From positions 160,001-224,000 of the forward strand of contig CAWBOC010000005.1 of the NCBI GenBank assembly GCA_963790305.1: a stretch of 64,000 bases of DNA, read 5' to 3'. The notes beneath the pieces are model-generated. The model was not told where the DNA came from. It worked only from the letters and a program-made list of their open reading frames with translations, and did not search any database. Positions 1 through 11,376 of this stretch are shown here, in pieces. This DNA is from an uncultured Gemmatimonadaceae bacterium (GTDB taxonomy: Bacteria > Gemmatimonadota > Gemmatimonadetes > Gemmatimonadales > Gemmatimonadaceae). The translations under genes and the position numbers were made by a program. Every line of letters starts with the position of its first letter. Positions within the stretch are counted from its first letter, which is position 1.

Positions 1-120
1 GGAGCACCGAAGGGCGGTGGGCTTGGCGATGATCAGGGTACTCGCGTCGGATCGCCTGGTTCAGGGGGGCGCGGCGCTTCAGGCTCGGGTGGTAGCTACC
101 GCGGACCGAGCACTCAGCCG

Positions 121-531
121 GTGAAGGAAGGCCTCGAGGGGAGCATTCTCGAAGGGGCGAGCGGATCCGGCAAAGCGCAGGGACGAGGGCGCAGCACGGG
201 CGCTGGTGCCGAGGCGAGCGAGGGCATCCACGGCGCGTCGTCCCGTCGCGGCGAGAGCTCGCGCACGAGCGCGACGAATGCGCGCACCGCGTCGCGCGAG
301 ACGTCCTCGAGCTCGACGCGGACTACCAAGGACCGGTCAGCCTCCGAGCCAATGAGTGGCTCCGAGCATCAGCACGTCAGTGGCTACGGCGGAGCCGGCG
401 GCACTCCGAAGTCGAGCTCCGATCAGCGGGAACCCGCACGCAAGATCGAGCAGCCGGTGGGCGGCTCGCGCAAGCGCGGCTCGCGGGCGCAGGGACGGCT
501 GGGCGATGAAGAGGCGGGGGACGGATTGTAG
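121..531 (+). CDS. hypothetical low-complexity (Ser/Gly/Arg-rich, probably disordered) protein
   Basis: 136-aa ORF with GTG start, ending at the intergenic palindrome; no recognisable family motif. Confidence 0.5.
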   Translation: MKEGLEGSILEGASGSGKAQGRGRSTGAGAEASEGIHGASSRRGESSRTSATNARTASRETSSSSTRTTKDRSASEPMSGSEHQHVSGYGGAGGTPKSSSDQREPARKIEQPVGGSRKRGSRAQGRLGDEEAGDGL

Positions 532-650
532 GAGCTAGGGGTCAGGAGTCAGGGGGTGTCGGGGAAAAGGTTGTAGGAGCGGCGTGTGCCGTCTCCTGAC
601 ACCCATACCCCAACACCCCCTGACCCCTGATCCCTGGCTCCTGACTCCTG
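529..650. repeat. palindromic element with heptamer tandem-repeat arms
   Basis: Left arm taggagc-taggggt-caggagt-caggggg-tgtcgggg (529-564); right arm ccccaaca-ccccctg-acccctg-atccctg-gctcctg-actcctg (608-650), an approximate reverse complement. Confidence 0.85.
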
Positions 651-671
651 CCGCCTAGCGGCCGCAGGCCG

Positions 672-680
<9 letters not shown>
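650..680. terminator. perfect 14-bp hairpin at the end of aceA (terminator-like or stabilising; no U-tract)
   Basis: gccgcctagcggcc-gca-ggccgctaggcggc; overlaps the aceA stop codon, between convergent genes. Confidence 0.5.
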
Positions 681-1947
<1,267 letters not shown>

Positions 1948-1961
<14 letters not shown>

Positions 1962-3585
1962 GACGCCCTCCCGTCGTGTCCCGGGCAGCGCTGGAGGCAC
2001 CGTCCTCCAGATAGCGCTCGCCGGGAAGTGTGAGGAACTCCGCGAACTCCTCGCCGAGCACGAGCTCGTCGAGCAGCGCCGCGGCGTCCCGCAGTCGTGT
2101 GTGACCCCCTGCGGCGGAGAGCGCGGCGATCTCGGCATCGCGCACCCGCTCGTACATCGCCCGCGTGAACCGCTCACCGTCGACGTCGGCGCCGTGTCGC
2201 AGCCATTGCCACAGCTGCGCACGCGAGATCTCCGCCGTCGCGGTGTCCTCCATGAGATTGTAGATCGCCACCGCGCCCGAGCCGCGCATCCACGACTCGA
2301 GATACTGGAGCGCGACGCTGACGTTGCTCTTGACGCCACCCGCCGACACCGTCCCGCCGGGAACACGCACATCGAGAATCTGCTCGGCGGACACGTTCAC
2401 CTCGGGGCGCTGGCGGGCCTTCTGGTTCGGCATGTTCCCGAGCACGCCATCGAACACCTGCTTCGCGACCGGCACCAGGTCCGGGTGCGCGACCCAGGTG
2501 CCATCGAAGCCATCCGCTGACTCGCGCAGCTTGTCCTCCCGCACCTTCGCGAGCGCCGTCTCGTTGACCTTGGCATCACGACGGCTGGGGACGAAGGCAG
2601 CCATTCCCCCCATGGCGTGCGCGCCGCGTCGGTGGCAGGTCTTCACCAGGAGCTCGGTGTACGCGCGCATGAAGGGCACCGTCATCGTGACCTGCGCGCG
2701 ATCGGGAAGCATGGTGTCGGGGCGCTGACGGAACTTCTTGATCGCCGAGAAGATGTAGTCCCACCGACCGGCGTTGAGCCCCGCCGCGTGCTCCCGGAGC
2801 TCGTGGAGAATCTCCTCCATCTCGAGCGCGGCGAGAATCGTCTCGATGAGCACCGTGGCGCGAATCGTTCCGCGCGGGATGCCTAACCACTCCTGCGCCG
2901 CCACGAAGACATCGTTCCAGAGCCGTGCTTCGCGGTGCGACTCCATCTTCGGCAGGTAGAAATACGGTCCCGTCCCTCGATCGAGCAGCGCGCTGGCGTT
3001 GTGAAAGAGGTACAGACCGAAATCGAACAGCGACGCCGATATCGGACTCCCGTCGACCGTCACATGGCGCTCGACCAAATGCCATCCGCGCGGACGGACG
3101 AGCAGAGTCGCGATCGTTTCGTTGAGCGCGTACTGCTTTCCCTCGGGACTCGCGAAGGCGAGCGTGCGACGGACCGCGTCCATCAGGTTCCCCTGCCCCG
3201 CGATTGCGTTCTCCCACGTCGGAGAGAGCGCATCCTCGAAGTCGGCCATGAAGCAGCTTGCGCCCGAGTTGAGAGCGTTGATCATCATCTTCCGCTCGAC
3301 GGGGCCGGTGATCTCGACCCGTCGATCCTCGAGATCCCGCGGGGCGGGGGCTACGCGCCATTCGCTCTCCCGGATGCTGGCCGCGTTGCCGAGGAAGCAG
3401 GGCGACGAGCCGTTGTCGAGCTCGCGCTGGCGATCGACGCGCGCGCGAAGGAGCGCCTCACGAGTGGGGTTGAATTCGCGGTGCAGGCGCGCGACGAACG
3501 CCAGCGCATCCTCGGTGAGGACTCGCCCGGAGTCTGGCAGGCGCCCGCCCACCATCTGCACGCGCTCAACAGCGCGAGCCGTCAT
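1948..3585 (-). CDS. aceB: malate synthase A
   Basis: [56 protein letters not shown] 3585 with GAGG upstream. Confidence 0.97.
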
Positions 3586-3774
3586 GTGTGTTCCTCGCTG
3601 TTGTGGCGAAATCAACTCCGGGGGGTGCCCGAATGAGGGGCAAGGGACGCGCCAGCCCACGCCCCCGAAGCGCCGCCGATGCGCACTGGTTATGCGCGTT
3701 TCTGCGCGGTCGGCGCGATTGAGGTTGGGGTGGCGTTGTCGTGCCCGCGCGACACCGGGGGGGCACCCAACCGT

Positions 3775-3790
3775 TGCAACGGCCGTTCCG
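3775..3790 (-). promoter_or_regulatory. candidate sigma54 -24/-12 promoter for aceBA
   Basis: Minus strand CGGAACGGCCGTTGCA (GG-N10-GC; consensus TGGCACG-N4-TTGCW), about 190 nt upstream of the aceB ATG. Confidence 0.45.
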
Positions 3791-3835
3791 GGCGGGATAG
3801 CATTCCGCATTCCGTAATCGGCATTCGGAGCTCCA

Positions 3836-6601
3836 TTGTCACCCGAGACGCGCCCCGAAGACCTGCCCCTTCACGAGGACGTTCGTCTGCTCGCCTCCAC
3901 GCTCGGCGCCGTCATTCGCCGACTGGAGGGCGAGGAGGCATTTCAGGCCGTGGAAGAGCTGCGCCGGGCCTCCCGCGCCCGCCGACGCGAGCACCCGGAT
4001 GCGCCGTCGCTCGATGAGCTGCTCACCCGCGTCGATCAATTGCCGCTCGATCACGCAGCGACCGTCGCGCGTGCCTTCACACTCTTCTTCCTGCTCATCA
4101 ACACCGCTGAGCAGGTGCATCGTGTACGACGTCGCGATGCGTATCTGGAGCAGGAGGACGCTGCACCGCAACCCGGCTCCTCGCGCTGGGTGATGCACCG
4201 TCTCCGTGCGGAAGGGCGAACGGCAGAGCAGGTCGCGCAGGCGATGCGCGCGCTCGACATACGGCCGGTGCTGACCGCGCATCCCACCGAGTCGACGCGG
4301 CGCACGCTCCTCGCGCTCCAGGCTCGGGTCAGCGACCTGCTGCTCGCGCACGAGCGCGCGCCCGAATGGCGCCGGCGGGAGATCGTCGAAGAGCTGGAGG
4401 CGGAAACCGAGCTCCTCTGGCTCACCGCTGAAGTGCAGCGCGACCGCCCGTCGGTGATGGACGAAGTGGGAAACGCGCTCTGGTATCTCGAGGATCGGCT
4501 CGTCGCCGCCGCGTCACGCGTGCGGCAGGAGACCCTGCGCGCCTTCATGGAGGAGTTTGGCCAACAGCTCAACGAGTTCGTTCCCGTGCGATTCGGGTCC
4601 TGGGTCGGCGGAGATCGGGATGGCAACCCGTATGTCACCCCCGACATCACCATCGCCGCCGCACGACGCTCCGCCTACGCCATCCTGGCCGTGTACCGGC
4701 GCGACGTCGAGGCGCTGGTGGATCGCCTCTCCGTTTCCGATCTCCTCGCGCCAACGCCGAAAGCATTGATCGATTCGCTCGAGCGCGATCGCGAGGAGCT
4801 CCCCGACGTGTGGCGCGCGAACCGCCGACGCAACAAGCACGAGCCGGTGCGGCTCAAGCTGTCGTTCGTTGCCGCGCGACTCGAGGCGACGCGTCGCTTG
4901 ATCGCGGCGCGCGACGCGGGAGCCATCACCTCGGAGCCGGCGGCATACTCGAGTGCGGAGCCGCTCGAACGCGACCTGCTCCTCGTGCGGGGAGCGCTCG
5001 ATGAAGCCGGCGCCGCGCGCGCGCGCGAAGCCCAGCTCGATCCACTGCTCGCCCGCGTACAGGCGCATGGGCTCCACGGCTTTCTCCTCGACGTGCGCGA
5101 TCATGCGAATGTTCACGCCAAGGCCGTCGCCGCGATCGCCGGCAGCGTTGGACTCGGCGAGCCCGACCTGGAGCTACTCCGTGGCGAGCTGACGGGCCGA
5201 CGTCCGCTGATCGGCCCCCACCTTCCGCTGGACGACGATACGCGACGCACGCTCGACGTCTTCGGAGTCATGCGGCAAATCCAGGAGGAGTTGGGGGAAG
5301 CAGCCGCGCGCACGTACGTCATCTCCATGGCGCGGGGCACGGAGGATCTTCTTCGCGTCCTCCTGCTGGCGCGCGAAGCGGGGCTCGTCGACCTCGCCGC
5401 CGATCCGCCGCAATCCGCGATCGATGTGGTGCCGCTGTTCGAGACGCTCGATGATCTCGATCGTGCGCCGGCCGTCGTGCGCGCCCTGCTCGATGATCCG
5501 GTGTACCGGCGTCAGGTGGACGCACGGGAGCGGCGTCAGGAGATCATGATCGGATACTCCGACTCGGCGAAGGATGCCGGGCTCCTCCCCGCATCGTGGG
5601 CGCTCTACCGCGCCCAGGAAGAGATTGCCGCCCTCGCCGACTCGTCAGGCATAGAGCTCACGCTCTTTCATGGGCGCGGCGGAACGGTTGGTCGCGGCGG
5701 AGGATCACCCGTCTGGCGGGCGCTCGCAGCGCTTCCACCCGGAACGGTACGCGGACGCATCAAGATCACCGAGCAGGGTGAGATCATCTCCCAGCAGTTC
5801 GGCCTTCTCCCGATTGCCGAGCGTTCGCTGGAGGTGACGGTCGCTGGAACACTCATGCACGCGTTCGCGGATTGGCGCACGGCCCTCGCGCCCGGCGAAG
5901 AAGCTCGATTCCGCGAGATGATGGACCGCCTGTCCGACGAGGCCCTTCCCGTCTACAGGACCCTCGTGCACGAGGATCCCGCGATCTTCGAGATGCTGCT
6001 CCAGGCGACGCCGGTGAAAGAGCTCGCGCACGTTCAGTTCGGATCGCGCCCTGTCTATCGCGAAGGAGCGTCGCAGAGCATGGAGTCCATTCGCGCGATC
6101 CCGTGGATGTTCGGCTGGACGCAGATTCGCTTGATGCTGCCTGCGTGGCTGGGCGTCGGCACGGCACTCGAACGGGCCCTCGCGAAGCCGGAGACGCTCG
6201 AGCTCCTTCGTCGTATGGCGAAGGCATGGCCCTTCTTCGATGATTTTCTCGGAAAGGTCGAGATGGTGTGCGCGAAAACCGATCTCGAGATCGCCCGCGC
6301 CTACGTGACCCATTTGGGCGGTGACGTCCGACTTCTCGATCGCCTCGCCGAAGAGTTTCATCGCACGGTCCGCGCGGTGCTGACCATTCGCGACGCGCCG
6401 GATCTGCTCATCGACAACGAGGTGCTACGAACGTCGATCGCGCTCCGGAACCCGTACGTCGATCCCCTATCCCTGCTTCAGATCTCGCTGCTGCGCCGCA
6501 AGCGTCGATTGCAGGAGGGTGCCGAGGAGCTCAAGCCCCTCGATGACGCAATCGGGACCACCTTGAACGGCGTCGCCCAGGGACTCAGAAACACCGGGTG
6601 A
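3836..6601 (+). CDS. ppc: phosphoenolpyruvate carboxylase
   Basis: [41 protein letters not shown] and C-terminal RNTG. Confidence 0.97.
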   Translation: MSPETRPEDLPLHEDVRLLASTLGAVIRRLEGEEAFQAVEELRRASRARRREHPDAPSLDELLTRVDQLPLDHAATVARAFTLFFLLINTAEQVHRVRRRDAYLEQEDAAPQPGSSRWVMHRLRAEGRTAEQVAQAMRALDIRPVLTAHPTESTRRTLLALQARVSDLLLAHERAPEWRRREIVEELEAETELLWLTAEVQRDRPSVMDEVGNALWYLEDRLVAAASRVRQETLRAFMEEFGQQLNEFVPVRFGSWVGGDRDGNPYVTPDITIAAARRSAYAILAVYRRDVEALVDRLSVSDLLAPTPKALIDSLERDREELPDVWRANRRRNKHEPVRLKLSFVAARLEATRRLIAARDAGAITSEPAAYSSAEPLERDLLLVRGALDEAGAARAREAQLDPLLARVQAHGLHGFLLDVRDHANVHAKAVAAIAGSVGLGEPDLELLRGELTGRRPLIGPHLPLDDDTRRTLDVFGVMRQIQEELGEAAARTYVISMARGTEDLLRVLLLAREAGLVDLAADPPQSAIDVVPLFETLDDLDRAPAVVRALLDDPVYRRQVDARERRQEIMIGYSDSAKDAGLLPASWALYRAQEEIAALADSSGIELTLFHGRGGTVGRGGGSPVWRALAALPPGTVRGRIKITEQGEIISQQFGLLPIAERSLEVTVAGTLMHAFADWRTALAPGEEARFREMMDRLSDEALPVYRTLVHEDPAIFEMLLQATPVKELAHVQFGSRPVYREGASQSMESIRAIPWMFGWTQIRLMLPAWLGVGTALERALAKPETLELLRRMAKAWPFFDDFLGKVEMVCAKTDLEIARAYVTHLGGDVRLLDRLAEEFHRTVRAVLTIRDAPDLLIDNEVLRTSIALRNPYVDPLSLLQISLLRRKRRLQEGAEELKPLDDAIGTTLNGVAQGLRNTG

Positions 6602-6611
6602 GCGGGTGTCC

Positions 6612-7325
6612 TTACCGCCCCTCGCTGAGGTAGACCAGACGTCGCGCGAGGATTTTCGGCCGAATCGTCCACGCGACCGCCATTCCGCCGAACATACCGC
6701 CGAGGTGAGCGGCGTTGTCGATCATCGGCGTCATCAACCCAGCGGCGATTGTGAAAAGGGCCCAGGCCGCGATCACGATGCCGATGCGCTTGTCTCGCAC
6801 CATCAGCTCGTGATGATGCTTCCAGAAGAGCACCATCACCGCGCCCATGAGCCCGAAGATCGCGCCCGACGCGCCGACGGACGGACCAGGGCCCATCGCC
6901 ACGCTGAGGACCGAGCCCGCCACCCCGCTGGCAAGATAGATGAGGAGCATCGAGCGCGTCCCGTACGCGTGCTCGCTCGCCATGCCGAGGATATAGAGGG
7001 ACATGGCGTTGCCGACAATGTGCTCCATGTTGCCGTGCAGCACCGTTGCCGAGAAAAGGCGCCACCACTCGCCCTGTGCTATCCGGTCGCGCACGAGAGC
7101 GCCCGCGGCGATGATGCTTTCCTCGCTCGCCAGCGCCCCGACCGAGAGCTGCCAGCCGAAAATGCCGGCGAGAGCTACAATGAGCAGAAGCGTTGCCGGC
7201 GGCGCGTACCCCATGCCCTGTTCGAAGTCCACGCGCACATCCACCGGGCGCGGGGCCTCCAGCATGTCGGCGGTGATCCGAATCGGCTGCTCGTTCGCAG
7301 CCGATTCGCCTTCCATCCCGCTCAT
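6612..7325 (-). CDS. rhomboid family intramembrane serine protease
   Basis: WR motif, HxxxxHxxxN, catalytic GASG and AHLGG; multiple TM segments. Confidence 0.93.
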   Translation of the reverse strand: MSGMEGESAANEQPIRITADMLEAPRPVDVRVDFEQGMGYAPPATLLLIVALAGIFGWQLSVGALASEESIIAAGALVRDRIAQGEWWRLFSATVLHGNMEHIVGNAMSLYILGMASEHAYGTRSMLLIYLASGVAGSVLSVAMGPGPSVGASGAIFGLMGAVMVLFWKHHHELMVRDKRIGIVIAAWALFTIAAGLMTPMIDNAAHLGGMFGGMAVAWTIRPKILARRLVYLSEGR

Positions 7326-7326
7326 G

Positions 7327-8214
7327 CTACCGCCGCTCGCCCGTGTCGAGCATCACCCCAAGAGCCAACCCCAGCCGGCGATCGAGATCGCGTCGGCGAT
7401 CCGCCGAGAGATCGAGGACGTACCGGTCGAGAATCGTGAGCTTCCGCTTGAACTCACCCACGACCACGTCGCTCTCACCGCGGGTGATGAGGAAGTTCGT
7501 ACGCAGGAGGCCGAACAGCGGACCCAGCACTCGACGGAGGAGTGAAAGAATGATCGAGTCCTCCTTCGCGACATACATCACGCTTCCGCTCGGCGAGCGC
7601 ATCTCCCACCGCTTGCGGAAGATGTTGTACAGGTAGTTCTTCTTGAATGAAGCGAGCGACGCTCCCGATGCATCGCGCACCGTGTACGTCCGCATGGGGA
7701 ATTGAACCTTCTTGTCCTGCAGGACGTCGAACATCTTGTGCGTCCTGGATTCATCGCGATAGAACGTCACGTGCCGCCGCTTCGACAGCGCCATGGCGAC
7801 GACGACGAACGCCACCGGAGCGAGGAGGATGACGACCACACCCAGACCTCCACCGCCGGCTTGCTGGGCGCCCGCCGCCGCGAGACCCATCCCGACGCCG
7901 TACACGACCATCATTGCCACCCAGCCGCAGATCAGGGCGAGCAGCGTCCGCCAGAAGTACGTCGGACGCTCGACGAACAGAATCGGGTTGCCCTGCTCGT
8001 CGGAGACCTGATACTTCTGGTTGATGGAGAGGTGCTTCTGCCGGAGGAGGAAGATGTCCCGGTTGAACACCTCATCGGCCTGCGACTTCGGGGTGAGCGT
8101 GCTCTCGCTCGCCTTGTTCACCGCGCCGCACTGCGGGCATTCGACGAGCTTGCCGGCGTACTCGTCCTTGAGCGTATAGGTGTTGCGGCAACGGCAGCTG
8201 ACGACGACGGCCAT
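7327..8214 (-). CDS. membrane protein with N-terminal Zn-ribbon and scramblase/LURP-one-like domain
   Basis: CRC...CPQC at the N-terminus; LLRQKHLSINQKYQVSDEQG...RYVLDL...LALGVMLD pattern interrupted by two hydrophobic helices. Confidence 0.65.
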   Translation of the reverse strand: MAVVVSCRCRNTYTLKDEYAGKLVECPQCGAVNKASESTLTPKSQADEVFNRDIFLLRQKHLSINQKYQVSDEQGNPILFVERPTYFWRTLLALICGWVAMMVVYGVGMGLAAAGAQQAGGGGLGVVVILLAPVAFVVVAMALSKRRHVTFYRDESRTHKMFDVLQDKKVQFPMRTYTVRDASGASLASFKKNYLYNIFRKRWEMRSPSGSVMYVAKEDSIILSLLRRVLGPLFGLLRTNFLITRGESDVVVGEFKRKLTILDRYVLDLSADRRRDLDRRLGLALGVMLDTGERR

Positions 8215-8343
8215 GGCTGGCTCCAGGGATCGTTATGCGATGGTGGAACTTCAGCATAGTGGACGATCCACCCGGGGAGAAGAGTACGGGGAGGCGTCGC
8301 GGGCAGCCTTTTCACCCCCCGTCGCGCGCCTTAACGTTCGTTC

Positions 8344-8370
8344 CAAACCCTCGGTCGGCTTCCGGTGTCT
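8344..8370 (+). promoter_or_regulatory. candidate ECF-sigma promoter
   Basis: CAAACC-N17-GTCT, 25 nt upstream of ATG 8395 (GGAGGA SD follows). Confidence 0.35.
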
Positions 8371-8394
8371 GATAGCGCGACCATGGAGGACACG

Positions 8395-9195
8395 ATGAAA
8401 GTGCTGTTATGCGCTCTGGCGCTGGCTGCGGCACCGAGCCTCCTCGCCCAACAGGACGAGGACGAGTGGCTCGAGAACTGTCGCGATTACGACAACCGGC
8501 GTCGCGTTCCACATTGTGAGATCAGAAACACCGGCTATCGGCAGGCCGCCGGCGGGATGCTGACCGCGGAGCCGAACCAGAACGGTGGCGTCACGATTCG
8601 CGGGTGGGATCGGGATAGCGTACACGTGCAGGCCCGGATCCGTGCCACTGCGCGGACGGAGGACCAGGCTCGCGCCATGGCCGAGCAGGTCCGCATCGCC
8701 ACGGCCGGCGGCAACGTCAGCGCGCGTGGGCCAATGGCGGGCGGGAATGAGCACTGGTACGTGAGCTTCGTGATCTACGTCCCGCGCCGCACCAATGTGC
8801 GCGCTGAAACGCAGAACGGACCGATCGGGCTCAATCAGATCGAGGGCAACATTGACGTTCGCGCGGTCAACGGACCGATCTCGCTCCGGGACCTCGGCGG
8901 CGACGTGCGCGCTCGCGCCCAGAACGGCCCGATTTCCATCACACTTGGCGGTAGCCGCTGGAACGGCGCCGGCCTCGACGCGGAGACGCAGAACGGGCCG
9001 ATGGTGCTCTACGTGCCTGAGGGGTACAACGCGCAGCTCGAGACGGGAACCACCAACGGTCCCATGTCGATCGGCTTCCCGATCACGGTCATGGGCCGCG
9101 CACTGGAAAAGCGCATAACGACCACGCTCGGGAACGGCGGTCCCACGATTCGAGCGCGGACGCAGAATGGACCGTTGACGATCCGCAGACCCTGA
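8395..9195 (+). CDS. secreted DUF4097-like beta-strand repeat protein
   Basis: Signal peptide; repeated (T/A)xNGPI units; GGAGGA SD. Confidence 0.85.
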   Translation: MKVLLCALALAAAPSLLAQQDEDEWLENCRDYDNRRRVPHCEIRNTGYRQAAGGMLTAEPNQNGGVTIRGWDRDSVHVQARIRATARTEDQARAMAEQVRIATAGGNVSARGPMAGGNEHWYVSFVIYVPRRTNVRAETQNGPIGLNQIEGNIDVRAVNGPISLRDLGGDVRARAQNGPISITLGGSRWNGAGLDAETQNGPMVLYVPEGYNAQLETGTTNGPMSIGFPITVMGRALEKRITTTLGNGGPTIRARTQNGPLTIRRP

Positions 9196-9275
9196 GGGCG
9201 TCGAGGTAGGCGAGGTAGGCGAGGTGCTCGAGGGAACCCTTGAGCACCTCGAGCACATCGAGCACCTTGAGCATC
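9194..9275. repeat. palindromic element with 9-nt tandem-repeat arms
   Basis: gaggtaggc x2, gaggtgctc, gaggg, loop aa, ccctt, gagcacctc, gagcacatc, gagcacctt; fills the whole intergenic gap. Confidence 0.8.
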
Positions 9276-11000
9276 ATGCGGGTCGCTCTCGTCGCCGCCG
9301 TTCTCACGCTGCCCGCCCGCGCGCTGGCGCAGGGCGATGCGCCACTTCCGGATTATGCGGTGGCCAGCGAGTTGGCGGTGCGGCGGACCGCGGAACGGGC
9401 GGTGCGCGGCTTCGAGCAGCGCCGCATGCGACTGCTTCCCGACATTCCCTCGTCGGTCGGCGGGTCCGGCGACATCATCATCGGCCGGTATCGTTATGCG
9501 GCCGGAGAGGCGGACGATCTCACTCCTCCGCCCGCCGAGCCGAGAGAGATTGCCGACCTGCGGCGATCACTGCTGCGCACGCTCGACTCCGCCTCACGTG
9601 CGGCGCGGCGTGACGAGTGGATTCGCGCCCGACTCGTGTGGTACGCCATCGAGGCTGGAGATACCGCCCTGGCCGTGGCCGCCGCTCATGGCTGCCGGGA
9701 TGACGAGCTGGCGTGGTGGTGCGACGCGTTGGTCGGCCTCGCATTACATGCGTCGCACGATTTCCTGGCGGCCGAGCGCGCTTTCGATCGCGCGCTCTCG
9801 GCAATGCCGGAGTCGACGCGATGCCGGTGGACCGATGTCAGCGTCCTGCTGGACGGCGACGCGGAACGGCTCGTCAGGCGCACGCCATGCGCGGACCGCG
9901 CGATGCTGGACGCGCGTCTCTGGTGGCTCGCCGATCCCTTTCATTCCGTCGAGGGAAACGAGCTGCGGAGCGAGCACTTCGCGCGACACACGTTCGCGAT
10001 GTTGCATGACCGGTGGCGAGCGTCGCATCCGCTGGGCTGGGGCTCGGACATGCGCGAGATCGTGCTCCGCTATGCATGGCCGGTGGCGTGGTCGCGCGAT
10101 CGCGTGCAGGAGCGCTCACCGACTCAGCCGGGATACTCGCCGGCCATCACCGGTCATGAGCCCAATCCCGCCTACGATTTCTTCCCCGACGGGGCGGCGC
10201 TCGAGTCCCCGTATGATGCGTCCGAGGCGAGCTGGCGTCTCAAGCGACCGCGCGCGACGACGCACTACGCCCATCCCAATGCTGCACCACTGCAGCCCCT
10301 TCGACATCAGATCGCCCGCTTTCGCCGAGGCGACTCGCTCCTCATCGTCGGCGCCTGGAATGCGACTGACGACACGCTGTTCAATAGCACGCCTGGACGA
10401 GTCGCATTCGTCGTCTCGAGTGACAACGGGCAACCAACCGTCATCGCCACATCCGAGGGCGTCGGCGCTCGCGGCGCGCTGATGCTCACGGTGCCCAACA
10501 CCGATCACATTGCGAGTCTCGAGCTCTTCGCCGGGAATTCGCGCGCCGCCGCCCGAGCGCGCCGAGGCGTCCGAGCGTTGGATCCCGCAAGCAGCGTTTC
10601 TGCATTCGACATTCTGCTGCTCGAACCAGGTGCGCAGCCGCGTTCGCTCGCGGAGGCGGTGCGTCACCTGCTCCCCGACGGGGAGCTCGATGCCGACCGC
10701 CGCGTCACGCTGTATTGGGAGATCTATGGTCTGGATTCCGCGATGCTCCCGCGCGTAACGGTGAGCGTGTCCCGGGTTCGCGCCTCACGCGCGCGCCGGC
10801 TGGCGGAGAAGCTCGGGCTCCGTGAGGAGCCCCAACCCGTGCAGATGCAGTGGCAGACCGACGCGCCCGCCGCGGCGGGTAGCGTCACGCTGGATCTGCG
10901 CGACCGTCCGGCGGGCACGTGGCGTGTCTCGATCACAGTCGCCCTTCCCGATGGCGTTATTGCGACCGCAAATCGGGAGCTGGTGCTTCGCGCCCCTTAG
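9276..11000 (+). CDS. secreted hypothetical protein with TPR-like helices and a degenerate GWxTD-like domain
   Basis: Signal peptide; WWLADP...NE...EHFAR...GWGSDMREIVLRYAWP resembles the GWxTD domain pattern; beta-rich C-terminus. Confidence 0.6.
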   Translation: MRVALVAAVLTLPARALAQGDAPLPDYAVASELAVRRTAERAVRGFEQRRMRLLPDIPSSVGGSGDIIIGRYRYAAGEADDLTPPPAEPREIADLRRSLLRTLDSASRAARRDEWIRARLVWYAIEAGDTALAVAAAHGCRDDELAWWCDALVGLALHASHDFLAAERAFDRALSAMPESTRCRWTDVSVLLDGDAERLVRRTPCADRAMLDARLWWLADPFHSVEGNELRSEHFARHTFAMLHDRWRASHPLGWGSDMREIVLRYAWPVAWSRDRVQERSPTQPGYSPAITGHEPNPAYDFFPDGAALESPYDASEASWRLKRPRATTHYAHPNAAPLQPLRHQIARFRRGDSLLIVGAWNATDDTLFNSTPGRVAFVVSSDNGQPTVIATSEGVGARGALMLTVPNTDHIASLELFAGNSRAAARARRGVRALDPASSVSAFDILLLEPGAQPRSLAEAVRHLLPDGELDADRRVTLYWEIYGLDSAMLPRVTVSVSRVRASRARRLAEKLGLREEPQPVQMQWQTDAPAAAGSVTLDLRDRPAGTWRVSITVALPDGVIATANRELVLRAP

Positions 11001-11014
11001 GAGCTACTGGGTAG

Positions 11015-11359
11015 TTAGAAATCGACCTCGCGCACCTCGATCCGGCCCGAATACTTCACGTGCGGACACCCGCTGGCGACTGACACTGCGTCGTCGTAGT
11101 TCTTCGCCTCGATCGTGTAGAAGCCCCCGATCACTTCCGAGGCCTCGGCATACGGGCCGTCGCGCACCACCGTCGAGCCGCTGCCGGCAATGTGCTTTCC
11201 ACCTTCGTCCTTCAGCTTCATCGACGGCCCCAGCTTGCCGCGGTCGGCGAGCCCGCGGCCCCACGCGTTGTACTCCTCGATGATTCGCTGCATATCCTCG
11301 GGCGTCACGTTCGCGAAGTCGGCGGGACGGTCATAGAGGATCAGCATGAACTTTGACAT
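11015..11359 (-). CDS. YciI/DGPF-family protein
   Basis: VRDGPYAEASEVIGGFY...IEVRE; AGGAG SD. Confidence 0.92.
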   Translation of the reverse strand: MSKFMLILYDRPADFANVTPEDMQRIIEEYNAWGRGLADRGKLGPSMKLKDEGGKHIAGSGSTVVRDGPYAEASEVIGGFYTIEAKNYDDAVSVASGCPHVKYSGRIEVREVDF

Positions 11360-11376
11360 GGAGTCTCCTTGAAGGT

